A stretch of DNA of 64,000 nt from assembly GCA_016194585.1 (NCBI GenBank), contig JACQBG010000034.1, positions 50,147 to 114,146 of the forward strand, written 5' to 3'. Both the position numbers and the translations under genes were made by a program. This stretch comes from Gemmatimonadota bacterium (lineage in GTDB: Bacteria > Gemmatimonadota > Gemmatimonadetes > Gemmatimonadales > Gemmatimonadaceae). Shown in pieces: positions 55,209 through 64,000 of the stretch (its first letter is position 1; the number at the start of each line of letters is the position of its first letter). A model generated the notes under the pieces. That model was not told the DNA's origin. It worked only from the letters and a program-made list of their open reading frames with translations, and did no database searches.

Positions 55209-56684
55209 TCACCCCTCCAGCTCGAACCACCCCTTCACGCGCGCCTTGAGCACATCGTCGCCGCTCCGGTGGACGTACTCGTTCGTCACGTTCGAGTACG
55301 CATAGTCCTTCGACCACTGCGGCGCGTTCGCCACGCACTCGGCGACGGCGCGGATCGCATGGTCGATGTCGGCCATCGTCGTGCTCGGATGGAACGAGAG
55401 GCGCACCCATCCCGGCTTCTCCGAGAGGTCGCCGCGGTCGATGCGGTCGGTGATCGCCTTCGACCGCGAGGGATCGACATGGAGCAGGTAGTGCCCGTAC
55501 GTGCCCGCGCACGAGCAGCCGCCGCGCGACTGCACGCCGAACCGGTCGTTGAGCAGCCGCACCATCAGGTTGTAGTGCACGTCCTCCACCCAGAACGAGA
55601 GCATGGCGAGGCGGTCGCGTCCGCCCGGCGCCAGGAGGTGCACCCCGGGGATGCGCTGCAGCGCGTCCATCGCATGAGGAACGATCTGTTCCTCGCGCTC
55701 GCGCATCGCCGCGACGGTCATGGCGTCCTTCACCTTCACGGCCAGCGCGGCCTTGATCGTCTGCAGGAAGGCCGGCGTGCCCGCGTCCTCGCGGGCCTCG
55801 ATGTCGTCGAGGAAGGCGTACTGTCCCCACGGGTTGGTCCAGCTCACGGTGCCGCCGCCGGCTTCGTCGGGGACGGTGTTCGTGTACAGCTTGCGGTCGA
55901 ACACCATCACGCCCGGGGTGCCCGGGCCGCCGAGGAATTTGTGCGGCGAGAAGAGCACCGCGTCGAGCCGCTCTTCGGGGTCGGCGGGGTGCATGTCGAT
56001 AGCCACGTACGGCGCCGACGCGGCGAAGTCGATGAGCGCGATCCCGCCCGCACGGTGCATCAGCTTCGCCATCGCGTGGTACGGGGTGAAGATCCCCGTG
56101 ACGTTGGAGCACGCCGTGAACGCGCCGATCTTCACCGGGCGGTCGCGGTACTCGTGCAACTGCGCCTCGAGCGCGGCGAGGCTCACCACGCCGCGGTCGT
56201 CGGGTGGCACCACGACGACGTCGGCGTGGGTCTCGTACCACGAGGTGTGGTTGGAGTGGTGCTCCATGTGCGTCACGAACACCACCGGGCGCTCGCGCTC
56301 GGGGATGTCGATGAAGTGGCGCAGTCCCTGCGGCGCCTTGAGGCCGAGGATGCGCTGGAGCTTGTTCACGGCGCCGGTCATCCCGGCGCCCGCCGTGATG
56401 ATCAGGTCGTCCGGGCCGGCGTGGACGTGCCGTCGCAGGATGTCGTGCGCTTCATGGTAGGCGACGGTCATCGCCGAGCCCGTCACGCTCGACTCCGAGT
56501 GCGTGTTGCCGACGAAGGGGCCGAATCGGTCGCGGAGGGCGTCCTCGATGGGGCGGTAGAGACGCCCGCTCGCGGTCCAGTCGGCGTAAACGATGCGCTG
56601 CTCGCCGTAGGGGGAGCGGAACGTCTGGTCGTGACCGATGGTGTTGGCGCGGAAGGGGGCGAAGTGCTGTTCGAGGGTGCTCAC
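55209..56684 (-). CDS. class-V aminotransferase-fold PLP enzyme
   Basis: GNTHSESS, HHSNHTSW and SPHKFLGGPGTPG (PLP lysine) motifs. GTG 56684 is preceded by AGGAGA; the longest ORF extends to 56732. Confidence 0.8.
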   Translation of the reverse strand: MSTLEQHFAPFRANTIGHDQTFRSPYGEQRIVYADWTASGRLYRPIEDALRDRFGPFVGNTHSESSVTGSAMTVAYHEAHDILRRHVHAGPDDLIITAGAGMTGAVNKLQRILGLKAPQGLRHFIDIPERERPVVFVTHMEHHSNHTSWYETHADVVVVPPDDRGVVSLAALEAQLHEYRDRPVKIGAFTACSNVTGIFTPYHAMAKLMHRAGGIALIDFAASAPYVAIDMHPADPEERLDAVLFSPHKFLGGPGTPGVMVFDRKLYTNTVPDEAGGGTVSWTNPWGQYAFLDDIEAREDAGTPAFLQTIKAALAVKVKDAMTVAAMREREEQIVPHAMDALQRIPGVHLLAPGGRDRLAMLSFWVEDVHYNLMVRLLNDRFGVQSRGGCSCAGTYGHYLLHVDPSRSKAITDRIDRGDLSEKPGWVRLSFHPSTTMADIDHAIRAVAECVANAPQWSKDYAYSNVTNEYVHRSGDDVLKARVKGWFELEG

Positions 56685-56917
56685 GGGCGTCTCCTGGTCG
56701 TCGCGGCGCGGGCCGTGGCGGAACTTAACCACTCGGCGGGTGACGGGTGCTGTCGTTGGCGCGGGGGTGCAGCCGTCAATATATAACTACATGCGACTGC
56801 AGTAATGTAAGGGGATTCCCGATGGCGACCGCGACCGGGGACCGTAGGTTACGAACATGCCCGTCCGCGGCGCACGCGTCCCGCGCGCCGCCCCCTCCAA
56901 CCCCACCGGAGTCCTCC

Positions 56918-57127
56918 ATGGCCAGCAAGCTCCTCCCCATCAACGAAGGCGGCGCCGACCGCGCCGTTCGCATCATCGCCGGACTCGTCCTCATCTCGCT
57001 CGCCTTCGTCGGCCCGAAGACGCCGTGGGGCTACCTCGGCATCATCCCCCTCGTCACGGGGTTCATCGGCAGCTGCCCGCTCTACACGGTGTTCGGCATC
57101 AACACCTGCGGCACCAAGCAGTCATAG
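56918..57127 (+). CDS. DUF2892 (YgaP-like) small membrane protein
   Basis: ATG 56918 preceded by GGAG. ADRAVRIIAGLVLISLAF...IPLVTGFIGSCPLYTVFGINTC is typical of DUF2892. Confidence 0.75.
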   Translation: MASKLLPINEGGADRAVRIIAGLVLISLAFVGPKTPWGYLGIIPLVTGFIGSCPLYTVFGINTCGTKQS

Positions 57128-57149
57128 CGCGCTCGCGCGGCGCGCCGCG

Positions 57150-58799
57150 TCAGGCGAGCGTCGGCAGGAACTTCGGCGATCGCCTGGCCTTCGTCGCCTG
57201 CTCGAACGCGAACGCGTAGCCGAGCAGCGCCGCTTCGCTCCACGCCGCGCCGATGAACGAGAGTCCGACCGGGAGCTCGTGCACGAGCCCCATCGGCACC
57301 GTCACGCACGGATAGCCGGCGACGGCGGCGAACGACGTGTCGCCCCCGGTCACGTGATCGCCGTTCAGGTGGTCGGTGGGCCACGCCGGCGCGTTCGACG
57401 GTGCCACGAGCGCCGTGAGCCGGTGCTTCTGCATCGCCGCGTCCAACCCCTGCGTGCGCGCCAACCGCACGCACTTCGCGCGCGCCTCCCGGTACTTCTT
57501 GTCGGTGAGCGGCCCGCACTTCTCCGCGCGGATGAACGTCTCCTGTCCGAACCAGGGCATCTCGCGTGCCTTCTCGCGCTCGTTGAACGCGATCAGCTCG
57601 GCGAGTGACTTCACCGGCGCGTTCGCGCCGAGCGAGGCGAGATACGCGTTGAGGCCGGCCTTGAACTCGTAGTCGAGCACGACGCCCTCGGCGTCGCCGT
57701 ACTTGCCGGCGGTGGCGAGCTTCACCGGGTCGACGATCACGGCGCCGGCGTCGCGCAGCGCGGCGATGGCGCGGTCGAACGTGGCGTCGACGTCGGGGTT
57801 GAAGCCGGCGAGGTTGCGCGCCACGCCGATGCGCGCCCCCTTGAGCGCGCCGGCGTCGAGCTTCGACGTGTAGTCCGTCGCCGCCTTGCCGCGGCTCGCC
57901 GTCGTCGCCGCGTCGCGCGGGTCGACGCCGGTGAGGGCGCCGAGCAGCGCGGCGGCGTCGGCGACGGTGCGCGCCATCGGGCCGGCCGTGTCCTGCGACG
58001 CCGAGATGGGGATGATGCCGCCGCGGCTCCACAGTCCGACCGTCGGCTTCACGCCGACGAGCCCGTTGATCGACGATGGGCAGATGATCGAGCCGTCGGT
58101 CTCGGTGCCGATGCCGACGGTGGCGAAGTCGGACGCGATCGCGGCGCCGGTGCCCGAACTCGAGCCGCACGGATTGCGGTCGAGCACGTACGGATTGCGC
58201 GTCTGCCCGCCGCGTCCGCTCCAGCCGCTCGACGAGCGCGTCGACCGGTAGTTGGCCCACTCGCTGAGGTTCGTCTTGCCGAGGAGCACGGCGCCGGCCT
58301 CGCGGAGCCGCTCGACGATGAACGCGTCCTTCGGCGGCGTGCTCGTCGCGAGCGCGAGCGAGCCGGCCGTGGTGCGCATGGCGTCGGCGCTGTCGATGTT
58401 GTCCTTCACGAGCACGGGGATGCCGTGCAGCGGGCCGCGCACCGTGCCGGCCTTGCGCTCGGCGTCGCGCGCGTCGGCGATGGCGAGGGCGTCGGGGTTG
58501 AGCTCGATGACGGCGTTGACGGCGGGGCCGTTCTTGTCCATGCGCGCGATGCGCACGAGGTAGCGCTGGGTGAGGGCGCGCGAGGTGAGCGTGCCGCGCT
58601 GCATCATGGCGCCGAGCTCGGCGATGGAGCGCTCGAAGAGCTCGTCCTCGGCCGGCCGCTCCGCCGCCGGGGCCGTGGCGCTTGCCGCGGCGAACGCGGA
58701 GGCTCGCGCCGTGCGTGGCATGAGGGCGGCGGCCCCGGCGGCGAGCGAGGCGCCGACGAAGCCGCGGCGGTCGAGCGAGGAACGGTCGGCGTCGGGCAT
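57150..58799 (-). CDS. Tat-exported amidase (amidase-signature family)
   Basis: Twin-arginine signal SLDRRGFVGASLAAGAA. GGSSSG-type signature (PCGSSSGTGAAIA). Confidence 0.85.
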   Translation of the reverse strand: MPDADRSSLDRRGFVGASLAAGAAALMPRTARASAFAAASATAPAAERPAEDELFERSIAELGAMMQRGTLTSRALTQRYLVRIARMDKNGPAVNAVIELNPDALAIADARDAERKAGTVRGPLHGIPVLVKDNIDSADAMRTTAGSLALATSTPPKDAFIVERLREAGAVLLGKTNLSEWANYRSTRSSSGWSGRGGQTRNPYVLDRNPCGSSSGTGAAIASDFATVGIGTETDGSIICPSSINGLVGVKPTVGLWSRGGIIPISASQDTAGPMARTVADAAALLGALTGVDPRDAATTASRGKAATDYTSKLDAGALKGARIGVARNLAGFNPDVDATFDRAIAALRDAGAVIVDPVKLATAGKYGDAEGVVLDYEFKAGLNAYLASLGANAPVKSLAELIAFNEREKAREMPWFGQETFIRAEKCGPLTDKKYREARAKCVRLARTQGLDAAMQKHRLTALVAPSNAPAWPTDHLNGDHVTGGDTSFAAVAGYPCVTVPMGLVHELPVGLSFIGAAWSEAALLGYAFAFEQATKARRSPKFLPTLA

Positions 58800-58915
58800 G
58801 GCGGGTCTCCGGTTGGGGTGCCAGCCGGAAAAGCTACCCGCGCGCGCTCAGGGGCGCAGCGGCGCGCTCCTCGGCGCGGCGGTCCGCTCCGCGGCGCAGC
58901 GGTGCAGCAGCGTGC

Positions 58916-60139
58916 TCAGGCGGCGATGCTCGCGTCGCTCGATCGCGTGCCGGCCCACTCGAGGGCGGCCCGGTAGAGTCGCGGAAGCTCCTCGGTCTCG
59001 ATCCCGACCTCGTACGAGCGGTTCAGCACCTCCGGCCAGTCGGCGTTCTCCCACGCCTCGACGAGCGCGAGCGTGGCGCCGAACCAGTCGGCGCGGGTGA
59101 GGATCGCCTCGCGCACGTCGGCCGCGGGCTCGATCTGCCGCATCAGCTCGTCGATCGGCACGCCGGTGATGACGTCGAGCAGCGAGAACAGCCCCACGAG
59201 GAAGAGCGACGGGGCGGCGCGCGGCACGCCGGCGGCCTCGGCGAGGAGTTCGCACCAGCGCGCCCGCACGAGCGCGGCGCGCTGCAGTTCCTCGGTGACC
59301 CCTTGGCCGCTCGACGAGGCGAGCAGGCACATCGAGAGCCAGCGGTAGAGCGCCACGCGGCCGAGGAGCCGCACCGCGTGGCCGATGGACCAGATCTCGG
59401 TGCCGCCGACGGCGGCCGAGTTGACGATGCGCAGCAGCCGGTAGGAGAGACTCACGTCGCGCGCGAACGCCGCCTCCACCTCCCGGTCGCTCACCGTGTG
59501 GTCGAGCAGGTCGCGCATCGTGCGGAAGATCGCGAGGTGGTTCATGTCGAGGTCGCGTCGCACGACCGTCTCGGGGCGGGTGAAGCGGTACCCCTGGAAG
59601 TACCGGAACCCGAGCGCGACGCACCGGTCGCGCTCGGCGCGGTCGTTCACGCGCTCGGCGATGAGGATGCGTCCGCCGCCGGCGGCCGCGGTGGCCGCCG
59701 CCTGGAGGGCGCCGCCGCGCACGGCGTGCGCGTCGATCTTCACGACGTGCACGAACGGCACGAGCTCGCGTGCGCGCGCGTCCGCGTGGAAGCCGGCGAG
59801 CGCGAGCTTGTGCCCGGCGTCGCGGAGCGCGGCGCACGCGTGCCGCAGCGCGTCGTCGCAGGGCGCGTCGGCGTCGAGCTCGAAGACGAGCGTGCCGGGC
59901 GAGAGGAGCCGCACGGTCTCGCTGGCGATCACGTCGCTCGAGACCTTCACGAACACGGGACGCCCCTCGCCGACGCGGTCGAGCCCGGCGCCCATGATGG
60001 CGTCGACGAGCACCTGCACCGTCGCGTCGAAGGCACTGGACTCCGGCGCCTCGCCCCCGGCGGCGCGGTGCGCGAGTTCGTAGCCCACGACACGTTCGGC
60101 GACGTCGAAGATCGGCTGTCGCGCGAAGAAGAGTTCCAT
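58916..60139 (-). CDS. EAL-HDOD signalling protein (COG3434-like c-di-GMP phosphodiesterase family)
   Basis: Internal ATG 60139 (MELFFARQPIFD...VVGYELAHR). KID and QGY motifs, then an HDOD-like C-terminal half (SYRLLRIVNSAA...GLFSLLD). Confidence 0.75.
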   Translation of the reverse strand: MELFFARQPIFDVAERVVGYELAHRAAGGEAPESSAFDATVQVLVDAIMGAGLDRVGEGRPVFVKVSSDVIASETVRLLSPGTLVFELDADAPCDDALRHACAALRDAGHKLALAGFHADARARELVPFVHVVKIDAHAVRGGALQAAATAAAGGGRILIAERVNDRAERDRCVALGFRYFQGYRFTRPETVVRRDLDMNHLAIFRTMRDLLDHTVSDREVEAAFARDVSLSYRLLRIVNSAAVGGTEIWSIGHAVRLLGRVALYRWLSMCLLASSSGQGVTEELQRAALVRARWCELLAEAAGVPRAAPSLFLVGLFSLLDVITGVPIDELMRQIEPAADVREAILTRADWFGATLALVEAWENADWPEVLNRSYEVGIETEELPRLYRAALEWAGTRSSDASIAA

Positions 60140-60559
60140 ATGCCGGGAGTATCGGCGTGAGCGGGCGCCCGCTCTACAGTGGGAGGAACTGATGTGCCAC
60201 GGATCTCCACGGATCCGTGGGGGACGGGTCCGGGCCGCGGCCGGGATCCGTCGGGTCGAGGGATAAGGACGGATACGGCACGACAATGGGGAACTGCGTG
60301 TGGGGCCGTCGGTTACGCGCACTATTCGCATGGGCGGTCGTGCCGTATCTGCGTAGACCCTCGCCGCAGGGAAGCATCGGTTCCGCGCAGCCCTCGAACG
60401 CACGGCTCTGCGTCAATCTGCGCCCCCCTGTCGGGCATTCTCCACTGTCCGGGGTCGCGGCCATCACCCACGTTGGAGGTACGGCGAAGTGGCGGTCCGT
60501 GCCTCGTGCTGCGCGGCGGAGGCGTTCCGCCGTCCCTCGGTTTCCAGCCTGAGTCGACG

Positions 60560-61123
60560 ATGTCGAAACGCGCGTACTCCCTGCTCCTGATCGCCACGTG
60601 CACGGTGGCGTGCGGCCCCGCCGTCACGATCAGCCGTGACCCGTTGCTTCCCATCGCGCCGGGCGCGACCTACGCGTGGGGGCTTGCCGACGGCGCCCGC
60701 GGCGCTGCCGAGCGCGACCCCAAGTTCGAGGCCGACAGCGTGCGCCGCCGCATCGAGCGCGCCGTCGACGACGAACTCGCGGCGCGCGGCTTCCACAAGA
60801 TCGCGTTCGCCGACGCGCAGCTCATCGTGCACTATCACGTCGGCGCGCAGCATATGGTCGACACGGTGCGCACGGCCACGCCCTGCGGCGGGCGCCCGTG
60901 CGGCGATCCACAGATGGAGTGGGGCTACTGGGGCGCGCCGGAAGCGTACGCGCGCGAGGAGCCGTATACGCAGGGGACGCTGATGCTCGACTTCCTCGCG
61001 CGCCCGTCGCTGAAGGTCGCCTGGCGGGGCACGATCGTCGGCGAGGTGACCGCCAAGTCCTCCAGCGACGCATCGATCCGCAAAGGCGTCGCCCGGCTGC
61101 TCAAGGACTTCCCGGGTTCCTGA
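60560..61123 (+). CDS. DUF4136-like lipoprotein
   Basis: Internal ATG 60560 with lipobox TVAC. Size and pattern fit DUF4136 from memory only. Confidence 0.55.
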   Translation: MSKRAYSLLLIATCTVACGPAVTISRDPLLPIAPGATYAWGLADGARGAAERDPKFEADSVRRRIERAVDDELAARGFHKIAFADAQLIVHYHVGAQHMVDTVRTATPCGGRPCGDPQMEWGYWGAPEAYAREEPYTQGTLMLDFLARPSLKVAWRGTIVGEVTAKSSSDASIRKGVARLLKDFPGS

Positions 61124-61153
61124 ACGCGCGGGCGACGCTGGTCGCCGCCCGCG

Positions 61154-63487
61154 TCAGCGCGCCGACTCTGCCTTCGCCGGTGGGGTGTACTCGGGGATCC
61201 ACCGCTCGAGCACGGTCTTGAGGCCGAGGAGCTCGATCGGCTTCGGGGCGAAGTCGTTCATCCCCGACTCGAGGGCGCGCTGGCGATCCTCGGCGAACGC
61301 ACTCGCCGAGAGCGCGACGATGGGGGTGTCGCGGTTCACGCCGCCCGTCGCGCGCACGCGGCGCGTGACCTCGTAGCCGTCGATCTCGGGCATGTGGCAG
61401 TCCATGAACACGAGCGCGAACTTCTGGGCCGCGAGCAGGTCGAGCGCCGGGGGCCCGCCGTTCGCCGACACGACGTTCGCGCCGAGCGAGCCCAGCATCG
61501 CGCGGGCGACCATCAGGTTGAGTTCGACGTCGTCGACGACGAGCACGCGCGGCTTGCCGTCGACGATGGCGTCGCTGGCCTCTCGCGAGAGCGCGGGCGG
61601 CGCGGGTGGCGCGGCCGCGTCCTCCGCGGTCAGCGCCACGAGGCGGCCCGCCGCGACCTCGGCGAGCAGCGCGTGCAGGTGGTCCTCGCGCACCGGATAG
61701 CGGAGCTGGGCCGCAGCGCCGAGTGCGGAGAGCTGCGAGTTGTTGAGCGGCTGGTGCAGCTGGGTGAGCAGCACGAGGGGAGGGAGGGCGCCGAAGCCGG
61801 CGAAGAACGGCGGCGCGCCGTCGGGATCGGCCGGCGCGTTCGCGATCACGAACGCGAACCGGCGTCCACTCTTGATCGCGGCGCGCATGGCGTCGAGATC
61901 GGGCACGATGTCGACGCCGATCCCCTCGCGGCCCAGCATCTCGGTGATCGCCTCGCGCGTGAGCGTCGAGTTCGCGCACACGAGCACCCGCGACGACGTC
62001 GGCAGCCGCGACGCGAAGCCCTGTTCACGCGCGGTCGGCGCCGCCGGCAGCTGCAGGTCGACGGTGAACTCCGTGCCGCTCCCCGCGGTGCTGCGCACGG
62101 AGAGCGTGCCGCCCATGAGGATGATCAGTTGGCGCGAGATGGCGAGCCCGAGCCCCGTGCCGCCGAACCGGCGCGCCGTGCTCGCCTCGCCCTGCTGGAA
62201 CTGCTCGAACAGCCGCTGCTGCACCTCGGGCGCGATGCCGATGCCCGTGTCCTTCACGTTGACGCGCAACGCGATCGTCTGCCGCCCGATCATCACCGTC
62301 TCGAGGTCGACGCGCACGGAGCCCTGCTCGGTGAACTTGACCGCGTTCCCCACGAGGTTGAGCAGCACCTGCTTCAGGCGCGCGGCGTCGCCCACCGGCC
62401 ACCGCTCGGCGCGGATCGTCTCGCGCACGGCGATCTCGAGCCCCTTCTCCTCGGCCTTCACGGCGAACAGGTCGGTGACGTCGTCGAGGAGGGCGCGCGG
62501 GTCGAACGGCGCGTCGACGAGGTCGACGCGCCCCGCCTCGAGCTTCGAGTAGTCGAGGATGTCGTTGAGGATGCCGAGCAGCGACGAGGCCGACTTGTTG
62601 ATCACCTCGAGTGAGCGGCGATCGGCCTCGGTGTGCGCCGAGGCGAGGAGCGCCTCGCTCATGCCGAGCACGCCGTGCAGCGGCGTGCGGATCTCGTGGC
62701 TCATGTTGGCGAGGAACTCGCCCTTGGCGCGCGCGCTCGCCTCGGCGGCCGCCTTCGCCGCCTTCAGTTCGATCTCCGCCTCGACGCGCGAGCGCTCGAC
62801 GCGATACGCCGCGTAGCCGCTGATGAGTGCGAGGAGGACGCCGAGCAACGCGCCGATGGTGACGATCTGGTCGATCTTCGCGATGCGGCTGTTGAGGCGG
62901 TCGACGCCGAGCGTCACGCCGACGAAGCCGGTGATCCGGCCATCCTTCGCGAGGATCGGCGCGTTGGCGCGCACCCCCGGCCCCCACTGCGTCGTGGAGG
63001 GCGTGTCCTCGACCACCGTCTGCTTGTCGCGCCACATCTGACGCAGCAGCGGCGGAGCCAGCACCGCCTGGCCGATGTCGGCGTGCTCAGGGACGCCGCT
63101 CGCCGTCACCTTGCCGCGCGGCGACGCATCGAGGACGAAGCGCAGCGAGTCGCCGTCGACGATGCCGGTGTAGACGAAGCGGATGTCCGGATTGCCGTCG
63201 AGCAGTTTCTGCAGCGGGCGCACCGCGTCCGCGTACTCGACGCTGTTCTCCTGCTCGGGCGTCTTGAACGTCTCGTGCCGGTCACCGTCGATGAGCGAGG
63301 CGGCGGTCTCCGCGGTGGAGCGGAGGTACTCCTGCGTGTCCTGGAAGAGCACGCGCCGCGTGCTGTAGAGCACGCTCCCCACGATGAGCGCCGTCGTGCT
63401 GAGCACGACGAGCCCGTAGGCGACCCCGATCCAGAAGGGGCGTCGGCCGGTCGCGAGCCGGTTCGTGGGATTCGCCGGGGCGGGCAT
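61154..63487 (-). CDS. hybrid sensor histidine kinase with periplasmic sensor domain and C-terminal receiver(s)
   Basis: TM helix, ~180-aa periplasmic region, second TM helix, H-box ([15 protein letters not shown]), HATPase ([15 protein letters not shown]), and a receiver ([10 protein letters not shown]...[12 protein letters not shown]). Confidence 0.9.
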   Translation of the reverse strand: MPAPANPTNRLATGRRPFWIGVAYGLVVLSTTALIVGSVLYSTRRVLFQDTQEYLRSTAETAASLIDGDRHETFKTPEQENSVEYADAVRPLQKLLDGNPDIRFVYTGIVDGDSLRFVLDASPRGKVTASGVPEHADIGQAVLAPPLLRQMWRDKQTVVEDTPSTTQWGPGVRANAPILAKDGRITGFVGVTLGVDRLNSRIAKIDQIVTIGALLGVLLALISGYAAYRVERSRVEAEIELKAAKAAAEASARAKGEFLANMSHEIRTPLHGVLGMSEALLASAHTEADRRSLEVINKSASSLLGILNDILDYSKLEAGRVDLVDAPFDPRALLDDVTDLFAVKAEEKGLEIAVRETIRAERWPVGDAARLKQVLLNLVGNAVKFTEQGSVRVDLETVMIGRQTIALRVNVKDTGIGIAPEVQQRLFEQFQQGEASTARRFGGTGLGLAISRQLIILMGGTLSVRSTAGSGTEFTVDLQLPAAPTAREQGFASRLPTSSRVLVCANSTLTREAITEMLGREGIGVDIVPDLDAMRAAIKSGRRFAFVIANAPADPDGAPPFFAGFGALPPLVLLTQLHQPLNNSQLSALGAAAQLRYPVREDHLHALLAEVAAGRLVALTAEDAAAPPAPPALSREASDAIVDGKPRVLVVDDVELNLMVARAMLGSLGANVVSANGGPPALDLLAAQKFALVFMDCHMPEIDGYEVTRRVRATGGVNRDTPIVALSASAFAEDRQRALESGMNDFAPKPIELLGLKTVLERWIPEYTPPAKAESAR

Positions 63488-63534
63488 GTCGCTTTAAAGA
63501 TGGCGGTCGTGCGCAGGGTGCGCCATAATGAGAC

Positions 63535-64000
63535 ATGCCGACGATCACCCTGAACGGCGTGGCGGTCCACGTCGAGGACAGCGGCGGCGATGGCGAGCCC
63601 GTGGTCTTCTGCCATGGGCTGCTCATGTCATCGCGCATGTTCGAGGGGCAGGTCGCGGCGCTGGCGCCGCGCTACCGGTGCGTCGCGTACGACCTGCCGG
63701 GACATGGACGGAGCGGCGATGCGACCGGCCGGTCCTATCCCATCGAACAGGCGTACGACGACACCGTCGCGCTCATCGAGCGTCTCGGGCTTGGGCCGTG
63801 CCATTTCGTCGGACTGTCGATGGGTGGATTCGTCGGCCTCCGCATCGCCGCGCGCCGCCGGGAGCTGTTCCGTACGCTCACCCTGCTCGAGACGTCGGCC
63901 GACGCCGAGGCGCCGGGGAACGTGCCGAAGTACCGCCGGCTCGCGTTCGTGGCGCGCCTGTTCGGCCCGGGCGCCGTGGTGGCGCCCGTGATGCCGATCA
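63535..64000 (+). CDS. alpha/beta hydrolase (3'-truncated by window end)
   Basis: Not in the ORF track because there is no stop before the window edge. My translation from ATG 63535 reads MPTITLNGVAVHVEDSGGDGEPVVFCHGLL...DLPGHGRS...HFVGLSMGGFVG (GxSxG). Confidence 0.75.
   Translation, partial: MPTITLNGVAVHVEDSGGDGEPVVFCHGLLMSSRMFEGQVAALAPRYRCVAYDLPGHGRSGDATGRSYPIEQAYDDTVALIERLGLGPCHFVGLSMGGFVGLRIAARRRELFRTLTLLETSADAEAPGNVPKYRRLAFVARLFGPGAVVAPVMPI

Noticed and set aside
56733-56917. 185-bp region upstream of the DUF2892 gene as a possible riboswitch
   Set aside because: It has an AT-rich promoter-like stretch, but I see no convincing conserved helices and cannot match it to any riboswitch class from memory.
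58916-60139. Possibility that the EAL domain is degenerate because the signature reads ELA instead of EAL
   Set aside because: The catalytic Glu and the downstream E..D, KxD, E(G/R)V and QGY positions are present. EAL-HDOD family members commonly have ELL-type variants. There is no basis to call the domain inactive.

Overview
This is a high-GC bacterial chromosomal window. Third codon positions are almost always G/C outside the first ~3.7 kb. The gene content suggests a Gemmatimonadota-like or related Gram-negative organism: CarboxypepD_reg/TonB-plug proteins, DUF5916/CBM9-like proteins, many Ig-like lipoproteins and hybrid PAS histidine kinases. That taxonomic guess is inference only. I can support about 46 protein-coding genes, 2 tRNAs (Ala-CGC, Gln-CUG), several strong intergenic hairpins and a two-copy palindromic repeat family. 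I found no rRNA, CRISPR array, transposase or integrase. The ORF track uses ATG, GTG and TTG starts and reports the longest ORFs. Many of these are Arg/Ala/Gly/Pro-rich shadow ORFs on the wrong strand or frame of real genes, and several real genes start at internal codons. The observations most worth a second look are:

1. A lower-GC islet at the left edge holds an effector-less NACHT/STAND NTPase and an AbiE-like wHTH plus nucleotidyltransferase pair.
2. An 11-kb operon encodes two paralogous giant Ig-like lipoproteins (2385 and ~1050 aa) with a small DUF3761-like protein between them. Each giant gene is preceded by the same CRP-consensus site TGTGA-CGCGGG-TCACA. The larger protein carries a long array of alternating repeat modules I do not recognise.
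3. A tightly coupled three-gene cytochrome module combines a 5+2-haem c-type cytochrome with a C-terminal anchor, a b-type cytochrome and an N-anchored octahaem cytochrome. It resembles a CbcBA-type quinol oxidoreductase with an extra, unassigned octahaem partner.
4. A TMTC/PMT-like GT-C membrane protein with TPR repeats overlaps a Big_2 lipoprotein gene.
5. A ~72-bp imperfect palindromic element occurs twice, each time just 3' of a class-V aminotransferase gene, with compensatory stem changes between copies.
6. Heptad-phased GTNNAC hexamer arrays occur in three intergenic regions around the threonine-dehydratase-like and photolyase genes.

All family assignments come from motif recognition by eye. 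No database search was possible.
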